Shown here: piece after piece, positions 38,531 through 52,419 of the stretch
How the letters are laid out: each line of letters opens with the position of its first letter
Position numbering within the stretch: position 1 is the first letter of the stretch
NCBI GenBank assembly: GCA_013239625.1
Contig: MU053810.1
Span: forward strand, 4,744,071-4,808,070
Direction: 5' to 3'
DNA: 64,000 nucleotides
Origin: Lama guanicoe
Lineage: Eukaryota
Program-made: the position numbers and the translations under genes
Notes under the pieces: model-generated
Told to the model about the DNA's origin: nothing
Seen by the model: only the letters and a program-made list of their open reading frames with translations
Databases searched by the model: none

Positions 38531-39524
38531 TAATTCTCACCTCCAAGATTCTAGAAAGAAAATGATCTTGAGCGGTGAGGTGGTTTTACCCGGATGATTT
38601 CCTTTCAACAAGGACTCCAAGAAAAGCGTGGGTCCCTGTGACTGGGAGGCCGTTCTCGAAGGAGATGGTGTGTGGCAGATGACTTAAGGCAGGAGGCTCT
38701 GTCTTCCCTAGGTTATAAAATTACTTCATTAAACAGCATCGTTATCCCTATCCATGGGACATAAAACAGCCCTTAAGAATTGTAAAACTCTAGGACATTT
38801 ATGTTTTGCTCTTTTCTGTTTATAGTTTAGCTCATATAATGTGAACCGTCTCCATCAAAATAACACTTGAAATTCGAGGGTGCTCATTGCAAAGTGACTA
38901 ATAGCTCTCCTTCCAAATGTATAACAGAGTCCTCCTAATGTTGTATTTTTCAAGACATGGTAAACTTGAACTGAGATCATATTTTTTACACTATTCTGCA
39001 CCTGCAGTAGCTCAATTCAACAAAAAAAGTCAAGAATCCACATGGGAGCAAATGCTTGCCCCATCGGAGCACCTGTATCTGGAGGAAGAGAAACCACACG
39101 AGATCTGCTATGATTTCTAAGGCATCACAGATTTTCTCAGAAAGAAGGGGAAAGAAAATGTCTGTGTGCAGAAGGAAGTCTGCATGCTCACTGGTAGCTT
39201 GGGTCTGTTCATAATCATCTTACACCACTTTCTCATTTTATGAGGATTAAGTGTTACCATGTTGGTGCCTTTGAGGGATAGGGTGCAGCCTTGGTTTACC
39301 CGTTGACTGAGTAAAAGTCTAAATCCATATTTGTGTCATTTCAAAAAATGTTCCCAGTGACTGGCAGACCTTTGAAGATTCTCTAAACTGTGCCATAAAT
39401 CCCACTGGCGAGATGAGTCTGAATGATAGGAAGAGCATGGTTAACTTTTCCTCTTCCTGAACATATCGTCAAAAGTGAGCCATGTCTGGTATCTCCTACG
39501 TAGTTAGACTTGGGATCTTTCTAG

Positions 39525-39710
39525 AGCAAAGTTCCTTAACTTCTGCCTCTTGATATCGGGGGCCCGTCCTGTGCATCATGGGATGTTGAACAGCATCTCC
39601 AGCCTCTACCGCACCAAAGGCCAGTAGCAAACTCCCCTAAAATGCTACCCCAGTCGTGATGACCAAAGATGTCTCTAGATGTCAGCAAATGCTGTCAAAT
39701 CAAAAACATG
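39525..39710. mobile_element. MER20-like hAT element
   Basis: gtcctgtgcatcatgggatgttgaacagcatctccagcctctacc...gatgtctctagatgtcagcaaatg. Confidence 0.75.
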
Positions 39711-39834
39711 GGCCTTGATGATTATCACCTCAAATCTGCCCTTTACTTTACCTCTTGGTCAAGCAGCTCCGTTATTATTAGAACTTGCTGTTGGGACCTT
39801 TGGTTCAATCAGCCTGCGATCAGCCATTTATTGA

Positions 39835-40065
39835 GAGGCAGTAAGGTGCAGTGTTTATGAACACGCCTGCTTGTTCCAGATTGCCTAGGTTCAAATCCCT
39901 ATTCTGACACTTGCTAGCCATTGGAAACTGACAGATCACTGTGTTTTGCTCTGCATCCATTTGCTCCTCTGTAAAATAGAGACACTGATAACACCAACCT
40001 CATAGGATGGAACATCTCGTTGCAGTTAAGTGCCCTGTGCCGTGCCTGGCACAGAGAAAGTGCGG
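39835..40065. mobile_element. MIR SINE
   Basis: gcctaggttcaaatccc...ctctgtaaaatagagacactgataacaccaacctcatagg. Confidence 0.7.
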
Positions 40066-40382
40066 GAGAGCTCCCACTTTGACCAAAGCAGTCTACCCAA
40101 TGCTCCTAAACCCAGAGATGAATACACAGAGATGGTGCGGACAAAGGACTGTGCCAGACAGAGCAGAGAGACAAATGGTCAAATATAATACCAGGGGGAG
40201 CATAAAGCAGGTGGGAGGGTGGGAAACAGAAGTAAGTGCACAGAGGTTGGAATTAGCTGGGATTAAAGATTCCAGTTACAATGTTGAGAATATCAAAGCC
40301 ACTTTTAAATCCATTTCAGAAGGAGGGGGTGTGTTGCACATTTTCTTGGGTCCAGGAGCAAAGAGACAAGCCAGGAGAAGGC

Positions 40383-40470
40383 TTTTTTTTTCCTTAATGA
40401 AGGGACTGGGGATTGAACCCAGGACCTCGTGCACGCCAAGCACGCGCTCTACCCCTGAGCCCTAGCCCCC
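40383..40470 (-). mobile_element. Short tRNA-derived SINE, antisense
   Basis: ctggggattgaacccaggacctcgtgcacgccaagcacgcgctctacccctgagccctagcccc is the reverse complement of the SINE head. Confidence 0.85.
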
Positions 40471-43400
40471 ACCTTAATGGCGTCTCTTTAAAATCGCACC
40501 TGAGCTGTATGGTGGATGCTAAGGACACTTAGCCAGGTAGAGCTGAAATTATCAGGTTATCAGATGCCTGTTTTGATGCCTAACAGTGCCTGACTGACGC
40601 AGCTGGTGTCTGAATTGCTTTCCTGTGTAGCTCTAATTAGGGATCAATGAGTGTTTATTGAGCTCCTCTTTATGTGCTTAGCTGTGGACTGGACGCTTTG
40701 CAGGATACAAAGAAACTCTAATGTGTCCCCACCTGCAAGGAATATAAACTGGGAAGACAGTCTTAAAACCTTAAAGGCATGAGGCGAACGTGTAAGTGAT
40801 GCTGTGGTTAAGGACAGGAGGCTTCTGAGCTACGAAATGCTTACTAAACCACCGCTTTTCAGGAACAACCACAATAAGATTTCATTCTTAGGTGGTGCCC
40901 AGGGGTGCTCTTGTCACCCTAGGAATGGCAGTGTCTCCTGGCGAAGCGGAGAGAAGGGAGGAGGCCATGCAAGCCACTGAGGGGGAAAGTGCCTTTCCCT
41001 GAGGCTGCAGCTCTAGAGGAGGTCTGTTCCCAGCATCTCCAAGTTCAGCTGGAAAGTCAGGACACGTTTTCCTTGAAAACAATGAGGAACAATGAGCAGA
41101 CTAATAATAACACTGTAGGTTGAAGAGGCTTCCGTGGGCCAGCTGGAAATCCAACCACCGTTCATTCCAAGTTCTAAACAATGGAAGTAGAAGAAAACTT
41201 TTCAATCACAAGCCTGCCATAATTTGGGGACGGCTTGTACATAATTAATTCCAAAGAAGTGATACAGACAGTAATTGCTGTGAATTCACAAAAGGGAGCA
41301 CTTTCCTGAACTGAGGCTGATCTGGGAGCTTTCATGAGAATGCTGAGATGGCCTCGAATTTAAGGAATTTACATAATGGAATGAAAGGATGCCATTTGGG
41401 AAGACAGACTGATCTCTCTCCAAAATTTGCTATATTTCTACCATTATGCTACCTATAAAGACGAGAGCCAGATGTCATGTTTTGCCAGTCTCAGAAATCA
41501 AATTGGTGCTGATAAATTAATTACTACTTCATGCATAGGAATATAAATTCATAGTGAAATAATATTTGCTAGTCTTTCCTTAGGCTGCTGCGTTTAGTCA
41601 AGAGCTGTTTGATAAACATGATATTCAACCAATATGAAGATTATGGTTGATAGCCCTACTCTTTACACAAGGGACAGTCCATCAGAAATACCAGTGGAAT
41701 GACTGTCACAAGGTCTGTCACCAGTTTCTTAAAATAGGAAGGCCGTCATCTGTCACTAATTAAGCGAAATTAAAATGCATCCCTGTCTCTCCTTTGAATG
41801 TTCACGAGGTGCTGTCAATCAAATGCCTTAGACCTGAAACCCAAAACTCAACCAGAGTAACCTAAATTCTGTGGGATTCAGACACGCCCCTTTCCTTGCC
41901 GACTGGAGCCTCTTTTCTTCAAAGAGAAGAGGAATAGATATTCAGGTACGGGTTGAGCCTCCTTGAAAATCGGCAAGATGAACTCACCGCAGAGTCAGTG
42001 TGGCTGCTGCCCAGCCTGAAGGTGGGGCTCGTCTAAGGGCCCAGACGGCCCAGCAGCTGGATGGTCCTGGGCTGTCGAGATGTCCTGGCCATTCAGCGGC
42101 TCTTGTGATTAGCTGACCTGCTGTCTGGTGGAGTTCACGGAGGTTTCACGTGTCCTTATTTGAATTAGGGACTTTATTTTTCATGAATGAAGTGATTCAA
42201 AATTATAGCCAGGGCTAAGCATTAATTCGAACTTTCCAAAAAAATTGCAGGTCTTGAAAACGTCTGCATTGACTCTCATAGGGCCAGTAACGCCTCCTCT
42301 CCCTCTGTCCATCTTCAGAGCTGGAGGGATCCAGTTTCTTAATTGCTGACTTTTAGGAGAAACACACAGGACATTTCCCAGAGGACAGATGACTGCCACT
42401 CCTCTGGTCAGATGATGTTTCACTATTATGCGGTCTTGTTTTTGTTTTGTTTTGTTTTGTTTTTTGTCTTTAAAGGGAGTGTATTTTCACTCCTCCAGCA
42501 GGCACAGGTCTCTAAGAAGACACGATTTTTTTAAAAAAGAAAGAGAGGCCAGGTATAGGAAATGCTTTCCTTCTAAGAGTCATTACCCTATTTTTTGGAG
42601 TCCGCCCTGAGATTTCCCAGATCAGACGCAGGTGGGAGGGGGGAGCCTCCTTCCACTCCCCCTCAGAGGGTCACTTAAGAGACCATCTCCCGGGAGCCTG
42701 CGCCACGTTGCCTCATTGGGAGATAAATGGCAAGCCCGTATTCAGGTCGCCAGAATACAGAGACAGCTATTCATACGGGTTTGTAACTGCACCAAAAAAA
42801 AGAGAGAGATGTCACTTCCAGAGCAGGAATATGAAAAATTGCCCTCAAGGAAGAGAAAGAAAATGCAAAACAGGTGATTTCATAAGGTAGGGTGTGTAGG
42901 CTTGCCCTGGGGAGCGAAGGCTCTCGTCACCCAGAAGTAGGGCCTCACCCTGACGGTGGGTGAGTCACAGGGAGGCAGCCCAGAGCCCGGAGCCATGCTG
43001 GGAGCACTGGGTGGGCGGGGCAGGGGGAGGCCAACCAGCTGTTCCCTTAGACCCTACCTCGAGAATAATCCTCAGCGTCCCTGGTGTAACCAGGAGACGG
43101 CAGCTGGGACCTCCCAAGGGTTCTGTTGAAATGAAAATAGGTGTGAAGTCCCTTTGTGACCTGGGAAGTTCTCCATGAAGAAGAGACCTTTGGCACACAC
43201 CACGCAGGAGCCACAGCCCCTTTGCACGGAGGAGCCAGCGGGGCGCGGGCCCTTTGGGGACTGCGCGTCCTTGTGGTTGACTTGGGACCGCATTCTGGTC
43301 TCACCCGGAACAGCCTGCCCGGAAAGTAGGTTGTGAAACAGATTCCAGGCAACCTGGAGCTTCCCCCAGTGCGGCTGCCCTGCTGGGCAGGACCCCGTCG

Positions 43401-44059
43401 GCGCGTTGGAGTCGGTGATCATGCCCATCGGGGGCACAGGCCCGGGGGTGGCTAAGCTTTGCCCGACCTGCAGGGCTGGCCACGCCTTTTTTCCCCCTTT
43501 CCTTTTCGCTTCAGTCAAAATCATCAAACCAGAGTGGGAAGGAAACTGCAGGGTTTTTAAAAAGTTCCCTGCAACCAGAAAATTGTGTGAGTCTAGACTT
43601 AGGTGCCTGGCAGGATTTCAGGTGCGGTGTCCACCAGGGAGTGGGGCTGGGAGAACAGGCACCTCTGTTTAACTAGGGGTGGGGCCGGCGGGGGCGGGCC
43701 CTGTTTCCTCTGTGTGCCGAGTTCACTCAGCCTCTCCCATCCCCTCCCTGGGCCCGTTCCCTGGCTTCCTGTGTTTGAACTTGCTGGGACTTTCTTCCCT
43801 GCGGGGTTTTGCGTCTGCTCCTGCCCTGCCTCGTGCACCCTCCCACCCGCGTCTGCCTGCCTGGCTCCGCCCAGCCGCAGGGCGCCGGTCAAAGGCCATC
43901 AGCTCAGCGAGGCCTTTCCCAGCCATTGTATTTGAACTTGCAACACCTGCACGCGCACACACACACCCCTACGCACACCCCTATGCACTCACACATAATG
44001 GTATAATTAATATATTACAAGTAATATAAACAAACAATATGCATATATTTATATATTTA

Positions 44060-45480
44060 CATATAGACTCTCCCCCGTTTTTTGTTTTTACTTATTTTGT
44101 CATACCTTTATCCTCACCCCCTGGGATGTAAGTTCCACCAGGAAAAGACCGCTGTTTTAGTCACCGCACTGTCCCCAGCAGTGAGAACTGTGCCTGGCAT
44201 AATCGATGCCAGAAAAACAGTCGTTGAATGAATGAAGTTGAAGGGATCAAAGGAAACTTTCTGCGTCCATACGTGTTGCAGGTTGTCATGTGATGGAACA
44301 GGTGTTTGCTCCTCTGCCCCCTTGTCCCGCGTCCCTGTAGGAGGATAGCCTGGTGGGGCAGGTAAGGCGGCTGTTACCCTTGTTTGACTGTGGAGGACAC
44401 TGACGCTCGGAGACATGGTTTGTCATGCTGATTTATGTGTCCCCTCAGATGTCTGTTGGTCAGCTCAGCATATCCAAAAAGAAACTCCGGTCTTCCCGTC
44501 TCAAGTGTGACAGCTTCTTGCATCCGTCACTCAGGCCGAAAGCCTTGGTGTCTCGTTGATACTGTCTCTCCCACCCAACACTGGACACCCGAGAACGCTA
44601 TCAGCTCTCTGCCCAGAGATGCCCCAACTCCCGCTATTTCTCTCAACCTCACGGCCACCACACTGGCCCAGCCATGACAGCTCTCACCTGTTCTGCCGCC
44701 ATGGCCTCCTCTGTAGTCTCCCTACTCTGTCCCTGCCCACCTGCTGTCTGTTCTCAGCAGAGAAGCCAGAGTGATCTGGTTAAAATGCTGGCCCCTTGGT
44801 GTCCCTCCTTGCTCACATCTCCATGGTGACTCCCACCACATCAGGGTCAAAGCCAGAGCCTCCTAAAATGACCTACAGGTGGGGAGAATGGACTTCCCAG
44901 TTGGACTGGGATGACTCCAGTTCACCTCTGCGTCCTTCTGTAATAATCAGTAGCTCCTCCTTTCACTGTCAAAAGTACCCTGGTTTGGAAGGTAAACTGT
45001 ATGACCCCCGCCCACATAATCCCTGACGAGGTCGGCCCTCTGCTGCCTTTCTGACACCTTCATTAACTCCACTCCAGGCACACTGGCCCCCAGCTGCTCC
45101 CCAGCCCAGCCAAGCATGCTCCTGCCTTGGACGCATGTATCTGCTCCTCCCACAGCCTGGAACATTCCTCCAGATAATACACATGCCTTGCTCCGTATCT
45201 TCCAATGGGCCTTTATTCAAAACTCACTTTCTCAGTGAGGTCCCCTCTGGTCACCCCATCTAACATCTTAAATCCCTTTCCTATCTCCCTTCTGGCTTTT
45301 GTTGTTCTCCTTCTTGACATTAGTGTCCAAGGTTAATTATTCATTCTGCACATTATCAGTATGGCGTAACCTCCTCGTGAGCAAGGATCTCTGTCTGCTT
45401 GTTCACTCCCGTTCCCAGCGCCCAAACACTGCCAGATACACAGGAAGTGCTCAGTAAACATCTGTTGAATTAATGGATGA
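44060..45480. mobile_element. Cluster of L2 LINE fragments
   Basis: L2 3' end motifs (gtgcctggcat...gttgaatgaatgaa; gtgctcagtaaacatctgttgaattaatg) and body motifs (agccagagtgatct; cctggaacattcctcc). Confidence 0.7.
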
Positions 45481-48400
45481 AAGAACGTTCCCCTCACTGT
45501 AAGTAATGAAGTCAGAGCACAAGCCTGGGTTAATCCTGGCCCGGGGCTCTGACTTCCATTGACTCTTACTCAGTCTAATGCTTCTGCTCTTGCCTAGAAC
45601 TCTCCTTGCTTAGAACTCCATTCTCCCTTCCTCCTTCCCCTTCTCCCTCCAGCGAGATCCTGCCATCCCCCTCCGCCCTGCTCACAAGTCTCCTTTTAGG
45701 AGGACTTGCTCCTCATCCGCTGACTGCTCTGGCTCCAGCATCCAGGGCAATTGACCCCGAAGAGCACGTGCCCCACCCCCGCAGAATCCCGCCTCCTGTG
45801 CGCATCCAAGCTCCATCATCTCAGCCCGAGGTCAAGGACAGAGACCCTGGCAGCATCTCCCCTCCGTTGCTATCACGTGCCCACCCTCAGCAGTGACTGT
45901 TGAACTGAAGTTGCTGGTAATCAGACGTCAGCTGAGGTGCTCTGGGTGAACGCACTGGTCGTTACTAATGTGAATAATTCCTTATTCCGAGAAATGTCGT
46001 CATCTCTGTGGTATTTCTCTTCACATCTCAGTATAAATTTTCCTTCTCTCAGTGTCTTGGTGAATTTATGAAGAAAGAGTAGGAATCGCTTTTTTTAAAT
46101 TTTAGATCCTTATAAATGAAGCTCCCTTTTTGCCTCTTTCCTCATGGGTGTCATTTAATGTGTCTGTCTTCCTGGATCATAACTAAAATGCTGACCATTC
46201 CAGACAGACTCCTTTGGTTTGGGCTTTGCCTCTTCCCTGACTTGGGGAAAACTTGGTTGCCTGATGAGAGGGTTCCTTTGAAGTGTCACCAAAGGAAATG
46301 ATGGGGGGAGAAATAGAAGGGACATGAGGACTATTTTTTCTCATCTCTTCCCTTAGTCAGGAGCAGAGTCAGGCCAGCCGAGGAACAGCAAGGGGGAGAA
46401 AGAGGCCGGAAGCCAGAGAATAAGTCAAGACAGTGGAGGACACGTGTGGGGTCCACCGGGTCAGGAGCAAGAAAATTAAAAGGAATTTCCAGACAGTATT
46501 GATGGCTGGGGATGAAGGGAGTCAGGCCAGCAGGCAGGCAAAGAGCTGGTTTGTGTGAATAAGGGATGGAAGACAGCCAAAGTTTTCTATACTTCAAGAG
46601 GAATGTGGTGTTTCCAATCTAGAATGTTTTTACCATATCAAGTAAGAATTTAAGGTCAGAGTATGTCTGAAGAAGGGTTTGAGGATCTATGATGCCGAAT
46701 GTTTGAAAGGGTTATCAGGGCGGATGTTGAAGCTACAAAGGGTGATGGACTGGGGTGTGGTGGACAGGAGGCCAGCTTCCTGCGCTGAAGTCATCCAAGG
46801 ATGTGAGGGGATTTCCTGGATGCTGGTAGGGGAATTTAAGGATGAGTAATTCATACTCAGAAGCAGGGGAGGTGTTGAGCGGGTGGACAGATGACGGACT
46901 GAAGTGGCTAAGGGAAGATAGAACATCCGCCGTCTCATTCTTCATGAGCAGAGGGCAAAGGGAGAGGTAGCTGCCTTCGAGGTCAGGGTTATAAATGATA
47001 CTCCATCATGACCCTGTGTGTGCCCAGTCCTCACCTAAGGACTGAGAATGCAAGGAAAAGCGCAAGACGGGTCATTATCCTGAAAGAGCACGCAGTAGTA
47101 GCAGGATGGTGTTGAAACACTTAGAGGTAGGTGGCATTGTTGGTGTACTGCAGTTACCACCAACTCCATTACTGTTTCCTCAATATGTCTAGAAGTTTCA
47201 ATGACAAGTTAAATTTATTGGGCATTTTTGGAAGAATGTCTATAGTTACACGGCTCTTTCCCCAATAGGTTAACGTTGGGCAAAAATAGAATGTTCAGGG
47301 CTCACAGTCCTATTTAAAGCTTTACCACAAATTCAGATCATCTGAATTCCAGTGTTCTGTTGAACTCATCTAAAAACAGTGTCTTTAATTACTCTGGGTT
47401 TTTCCCCTCATACCCAAGAATCAGGGCATGAGCAAATAAGGGTATAGCCTAGCTTTAAACCTGGTCACTGTTCAATTCTGGAAAACGCCTTTGGCACTGC
47501 CAAGACAAAAGGGTCTTAGTTCACTTAGATTGCTCTCAGAAAAAAAAAATGGCTTTGTGAAAGGAAGGCACAGCTTAAGGGTAATGATACTTCATTCACT
47601 GCTGTGTCCACAGCGGCCTGCATGGCACCTCTAGCATGTATGCAGTGCTCAGAAATGTTTGTTGATGACTCATTGACCATTGACTGCTTTCCAGAGGGAG
47701 AGCAGGAACTGGGAAGAATCACAAAATATTAGAGCTAGAAGTGAATGGCGGACTGAGTAAGTCCTCTCAGAATGCCAGCCCGGTCACTACAGTTGTTACT
47801 GACTATCCCACACCACTGGGTTCCAAAGTTAGTAACTGGTTAGGAAGGTGAATGCGGACGAGGCACCTAATCCTGTCAGCTAGGTTGGCTGTTTTCAGCC
47901 AGCTCCCAGCACTTCCTTGGGATTCATTATAGGGGAATTACCAACCTCATGCCTGCCTTTTAAGAGCCATTAATTTCCTTAGATCCACAATGATAAAGAC
48001 TTAATTCAGGCTTAATGAGGCCTCGGTCAGTCCAAAGACAAGTACCCAGTCAAGAAACGCTGAAGGTGAAAACTTGAATCAAGAAGGTGTATGCAGAGAG
48101 TTACTGGCTAAAAACAGCCCCCCAAATGCAGATTGGTTTCTTCCTTCCCTGGACTGTGCAGGCAGAGCGCAGACCAGGAGCAGCCGGGGTGTTGCTTCAT
48201 GTTCACAGACACGCGGGCTCACAGGCAAGCTGGTTGTAGCAGCAGGAATTTAATCCCGGGATCAGCACTTTCTCTGGATTGGATTTGAATTTTTATTAAT
48301 ATTATGCTTGGGCCCCGAGAAGATTCATTCAGCCAGGCTGACTTATAACACTAAATGACTAGTTAACCATACATACTAATCACATAAATGTGGTTTATGG

Positions 48401-51400
48401 AACGATAGAAAATGGTTTATGAAATCATTTTCAAACTATCTTTTCAACAATAATCATACCAGCCCTAGAATACCTTAAGCCAAGCGATATTGGCAAGAAT
48501 GAACCTAAAACATCTTTAATATTCTGGTGATTATCGTACAAAATTGCCACTGCAATAAAATGACAGGGTCGTTTTAATTTCTCTTCTTCCACTGCATTCC
48601 TCTTTTTTTCCCCTTTCACATTAAAATGTACTTCATAACATTTCATCATGGGAGAAGCCTGCGTAAGTTTCCAGTTGCTGTAATTTAGTTAAACCATAAA
48701 ATTGTTTCCAGATTACCAACCATGAAATGGAAAGACAATCTTATTTATGAATTTATAAATCAGATAATCTCCCGCAAATGAATCCTGAAACCAGAAACAC
48801 TCTGACGATTAAACAGGAGGGAAAAAGTTTTCTCATTACCATGTGTCAAAAGAATTGTATTTTCGTGAAGAGGTCTTGGCCAAGCTGTTGTACACGTATG
48901 TGCAATCCGTATGTGCAGCGCCTGGGGCAGACACTTTTTTCTGGGCAGGGGGAGAGAATTGCTCCCCCTTGACAGTCAAGCTTAAGTACACTGAACTCTT
49001 GAGGTTCTAACAGATCATGTCGCTTTCCTGGTGGCCCCACTGGTGACACAGCCTGGAGGAAGCCACCCAAGAAGCATCCATCGCTGTCATCACAGATACA
49101 AAAAGGAGAAGCAAATGTGTAGATACCTGGACTGAACGCAGGGCTTTTGCTTGAAAGCATCTGAACCCTCATCCCTGGTAGTTCTGCAGCTACGTTCACA
49201 TCATCCCTGGGGAGTAAGGAGAACGGGGTGGCGTTTGGAGGTTTTCTTTCTCTGCATCCTAAAACCATTGTCTAGGGGAAGCCAAGTACCTAGTGAGCCT
49301 TGAAGGATGCCAAAGACAGATAAGAAGCCCTGTGGATGCCCAGTCTGTGCTGGACCATTCTGCGGTTCTCACCACGGTGATGAATCCATTTAAGATCAAT
49401 GTCTTGAATTTGGAATGATGCACGTGCTTTGTTTCAGTTTTTAATGCTGCTGCCCTCCTTTGCTAGAGCAGGTAATGAAAGCTGGTGACCAGAGGGGGAC
49501 CAGAAAGAACACTGACTTTGCCCTGATTAGGACTGTGCCTAGGCCACTGCTGGAATCCATCCTGCCATTTCTCTCCTACCAGACTTTTGCTTAGAACCTA
49601 TCGCTTACGTTTCTTGATATTATCGTCCCCTGAGTGTAGTTAACCTTCCTGTCCTGCACTCCAGCTTCTCAGAACCCATTCCAAACCAGAGCTGTCTAGA
49701 CCCTAAGAATGTCCTGCCACTATAAAAGAAAAGAAACCCTTTACGTTTGCCTAGGATTGAGTAAGAGCAGTAAACTAAATACATCTCAAGGGAGCTCTGA
49801 AGGACCCCACTCTTAGTGTCATGAGTTTGGCTTCTAACACAACTGTGGGAAGGGGGGGGCCCTCGACAGCATCCACCAGAACTCAGCAGGTCCCCTCAGA
49901 TGCCAGCCACTCCCCAGGAACCCATTTGTGTGAGTCCACCTCCTGCGTGGCAGGTGGCATGATCAGCCACCACCCCATCATTTCTCAGGTGCCGTTGTGA
50001 CTTGGGTCTGACAAACTTGGGATCTCCAATGGGTGTTTACTAACCTGCCTTCCTGAGTGGAATTTCTTACTAGTTTTTCTCTTGACACACGCTCTGCTTT
50101 ATGGCCAACAGGATGCCCAGAACACAGGTACGACTGAAAATGCACTATAGCTCAGAGGTTTAGCGTTCACTGCTATGCCTGGAAACCCTTGGAAAGTCAC
50201 TCTGGATAGATGGAAAGATAGTCTTACTATTTGAGATTTCTTTCCACACTATTAGAACAAAGAGATCATATTATAAATACTTATTCTGCCCCCCCAGCCC
50301 GGTGGGTTTACAAACTTCCACTCTCCAGACTGTATGACTTCCATCCAGGAGACCCCACATTGTGACAGAACCATCCATGTTAAACTAAAGAAAATGCATA
50401 GAATTCTGGAATCAGAAGCTTATCATTTGGAAATTAGTCTGAATGTTTTCTATGGCACTAAATGTTGTATTCCCAAGGCAAAACTCAAAGCCCAGTAAGT
50501 TGTGTATGAACAAAATTACCCTTGAAAATGCTCTTGATCGCCATGAAGTTCAAGATACAGATACAGCATCTCTCATGAAATCCAACATAACCCATAACCC
50601 ATTATTTTTTTCTAGTGAAAGAACAGGCCACCATGATTTTTTTCACGGGGCCCCAGATAAAGTAGTTTGGCTTATATTTAAAAGCCGCAATGTCTGAATT
50701 TGCTGACTGTAGCACAGAAAGTGTCACTTGCTCCCACTGCAAGAGGCCAATGGGATAGAGGACACCCCCCCCCCCAGTGATGAGTGGTGTCCCTTCTCTG
50801 TCTCAGGCTCAGACTAGACACTTGCTGATGGGATCCGATGGTAATTCAGGTGTCCACACTGTTCTGAGTGTTCTCCCCTCTTCTTTTATTGCCTTGAGCT
50901 ACCAAGTGAGGATGACTGAATTCACGTGCCACGATGTGTGTCCTGACCTTTGCACTTAGCCGAGGTCAGTCTGTTGTGGTGATTTTATGATGTGTTACAA
51001 ATAACAGGAATGGTTCCATGACACTGCCATTGACTGAGGCCCGAAAGTGTGAGCCTGTTTCAAAAGCCAGATAAAGCGTGTGTAGCATTAGAGAGCCCTG
51101 ACCAGAGAGGCGTGGTGTCTGTGTGAGTAATTTAAAACTTGGGAAGAGTTTTCATTCATGGCTTGAAATAACCAAGTTGTTAGGGGCATTTGTTTTTCTG
51201 CTTCATCCTGAAAAAGCCCCAGGTTCCCATGACATGGGTTTGAATACCCTTTACGCTCAAGTAAAATTGATTTCAACCCTACTTCTCTGTGCTCTTAAAG
51301 AGACATCCACTTGTGTTGCTCTTGGGCGGTCAAACAAGTTTTGCTCCATACATACAACGAACGTCTCCATTCTTTACATCAAAATCGGTCAGCAGCCTCC

Positions 51401-51806
51401 CAGCTGTGGGGGGGCACTGCAGCTCAGAAGTGTTTGCCACGGGGCCCTCGCTGGCCTAGGATCCCGCTGGTGCAGGGGTCAAACAGCAAAAGCAGGGCAG
51501 AAAGGCTCAAAAACACAAAGATGCACAAAGAATTACTTCCAAGGGAGAAGCTTTTCTGTTTTCCACGTGGCCTCTGCTGGTCTGTCCAGTGTCTTTAGTG
51601 AGATCACCAGGTTAATACTAAACTCTGATCATCAAATCTTGAGCTCAGCATGGATTTGAAGCCTCTGTAGCTTCCCCAAGCCAAGTTGGGGTGAACTTTG
51701 GTGGCCTCCTAGGTGGAACCCTTTATAACCCTCAGATGATCGTTCACCTAGACAGACCAGTCTGAAAGTCAACAGAGCTTTAACAAACAATTCTCTTGTT
51801 TTACAG

Positions 51807-51911
51807 AGAGAGGATGCAAGCCATGGAGAAACAGATTGCCAGTTTAACTGGCCTTGTTCAGTCTGCGCTTTTTAAAGGGCCCCTTACAAGTAATAGCAAA
51901 GATGCGTCTAG
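51807..51911 (+). CDS. KIAA1217: KIAA1217 coding exon (about exon 7), (R)ERMQAMEKQIASLTGLVQSALFKGPLTSNSKDAS(S), conserved coiled-coil segment
   Basis: Acceptor ttctcttgttttacag|A, donor TCTAG|gtaaaa; 105 nt, phase 2 to 2; MEKQIASLTGLVQSAL is shared with SRCIN1. Absent from the ORF track. Confidence 0.95.
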
Positions 51912-52419
51912 GTAAAAAAAGAAGAAAGCAAACCGATTCAAAATAATTCAATCTGTTTCTCTTTAATTATTAAGATAATTCATTCATTCAAATCGTTTTC
52001 TCGTAATCATTTCAAGGCTGAAAATATCCACATCTCTATGAATCATGGTTTGTTTGTCTGTCTGTCTGTTTCTGGTAATTCTTGGTCGAAGGTAACACTT
52101 TGGCCCAAGAAGGGTAAATGGGCTTCCCAGTGCATGTGGCTTCGTGGACCACTGCGCAGTGGCTGCACCCTCCATCCACGCATCTCCACATCCTCCATCA
52201 TCTGAAAGTTACGAGTGCGCCTCAGCTGTATTCCACCAGCGGTGTCAGATGCACACCTGGGAAGCCTCTTCCATCCTGGCCAATAGTGGTGCTGATGCTG
52301 AAATACCTTCATTGCTTAATCCCATCACTAGCTGCTGCTGATCGCTTAGAATAGTGGGTGGAAAGGGGGAAAAGGCATTTCAGAGACGGGAGAGCTGACT
52401 CTCTCTTTCTTTTATTCAG

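Noticed and set aside
51123..51659. 178-aa intronic ORF, representative of the many other 60-150 aa ORFs
   Set aside because: No recognisable homology, often non-ATG starts, and expected by chance in 64 kb.
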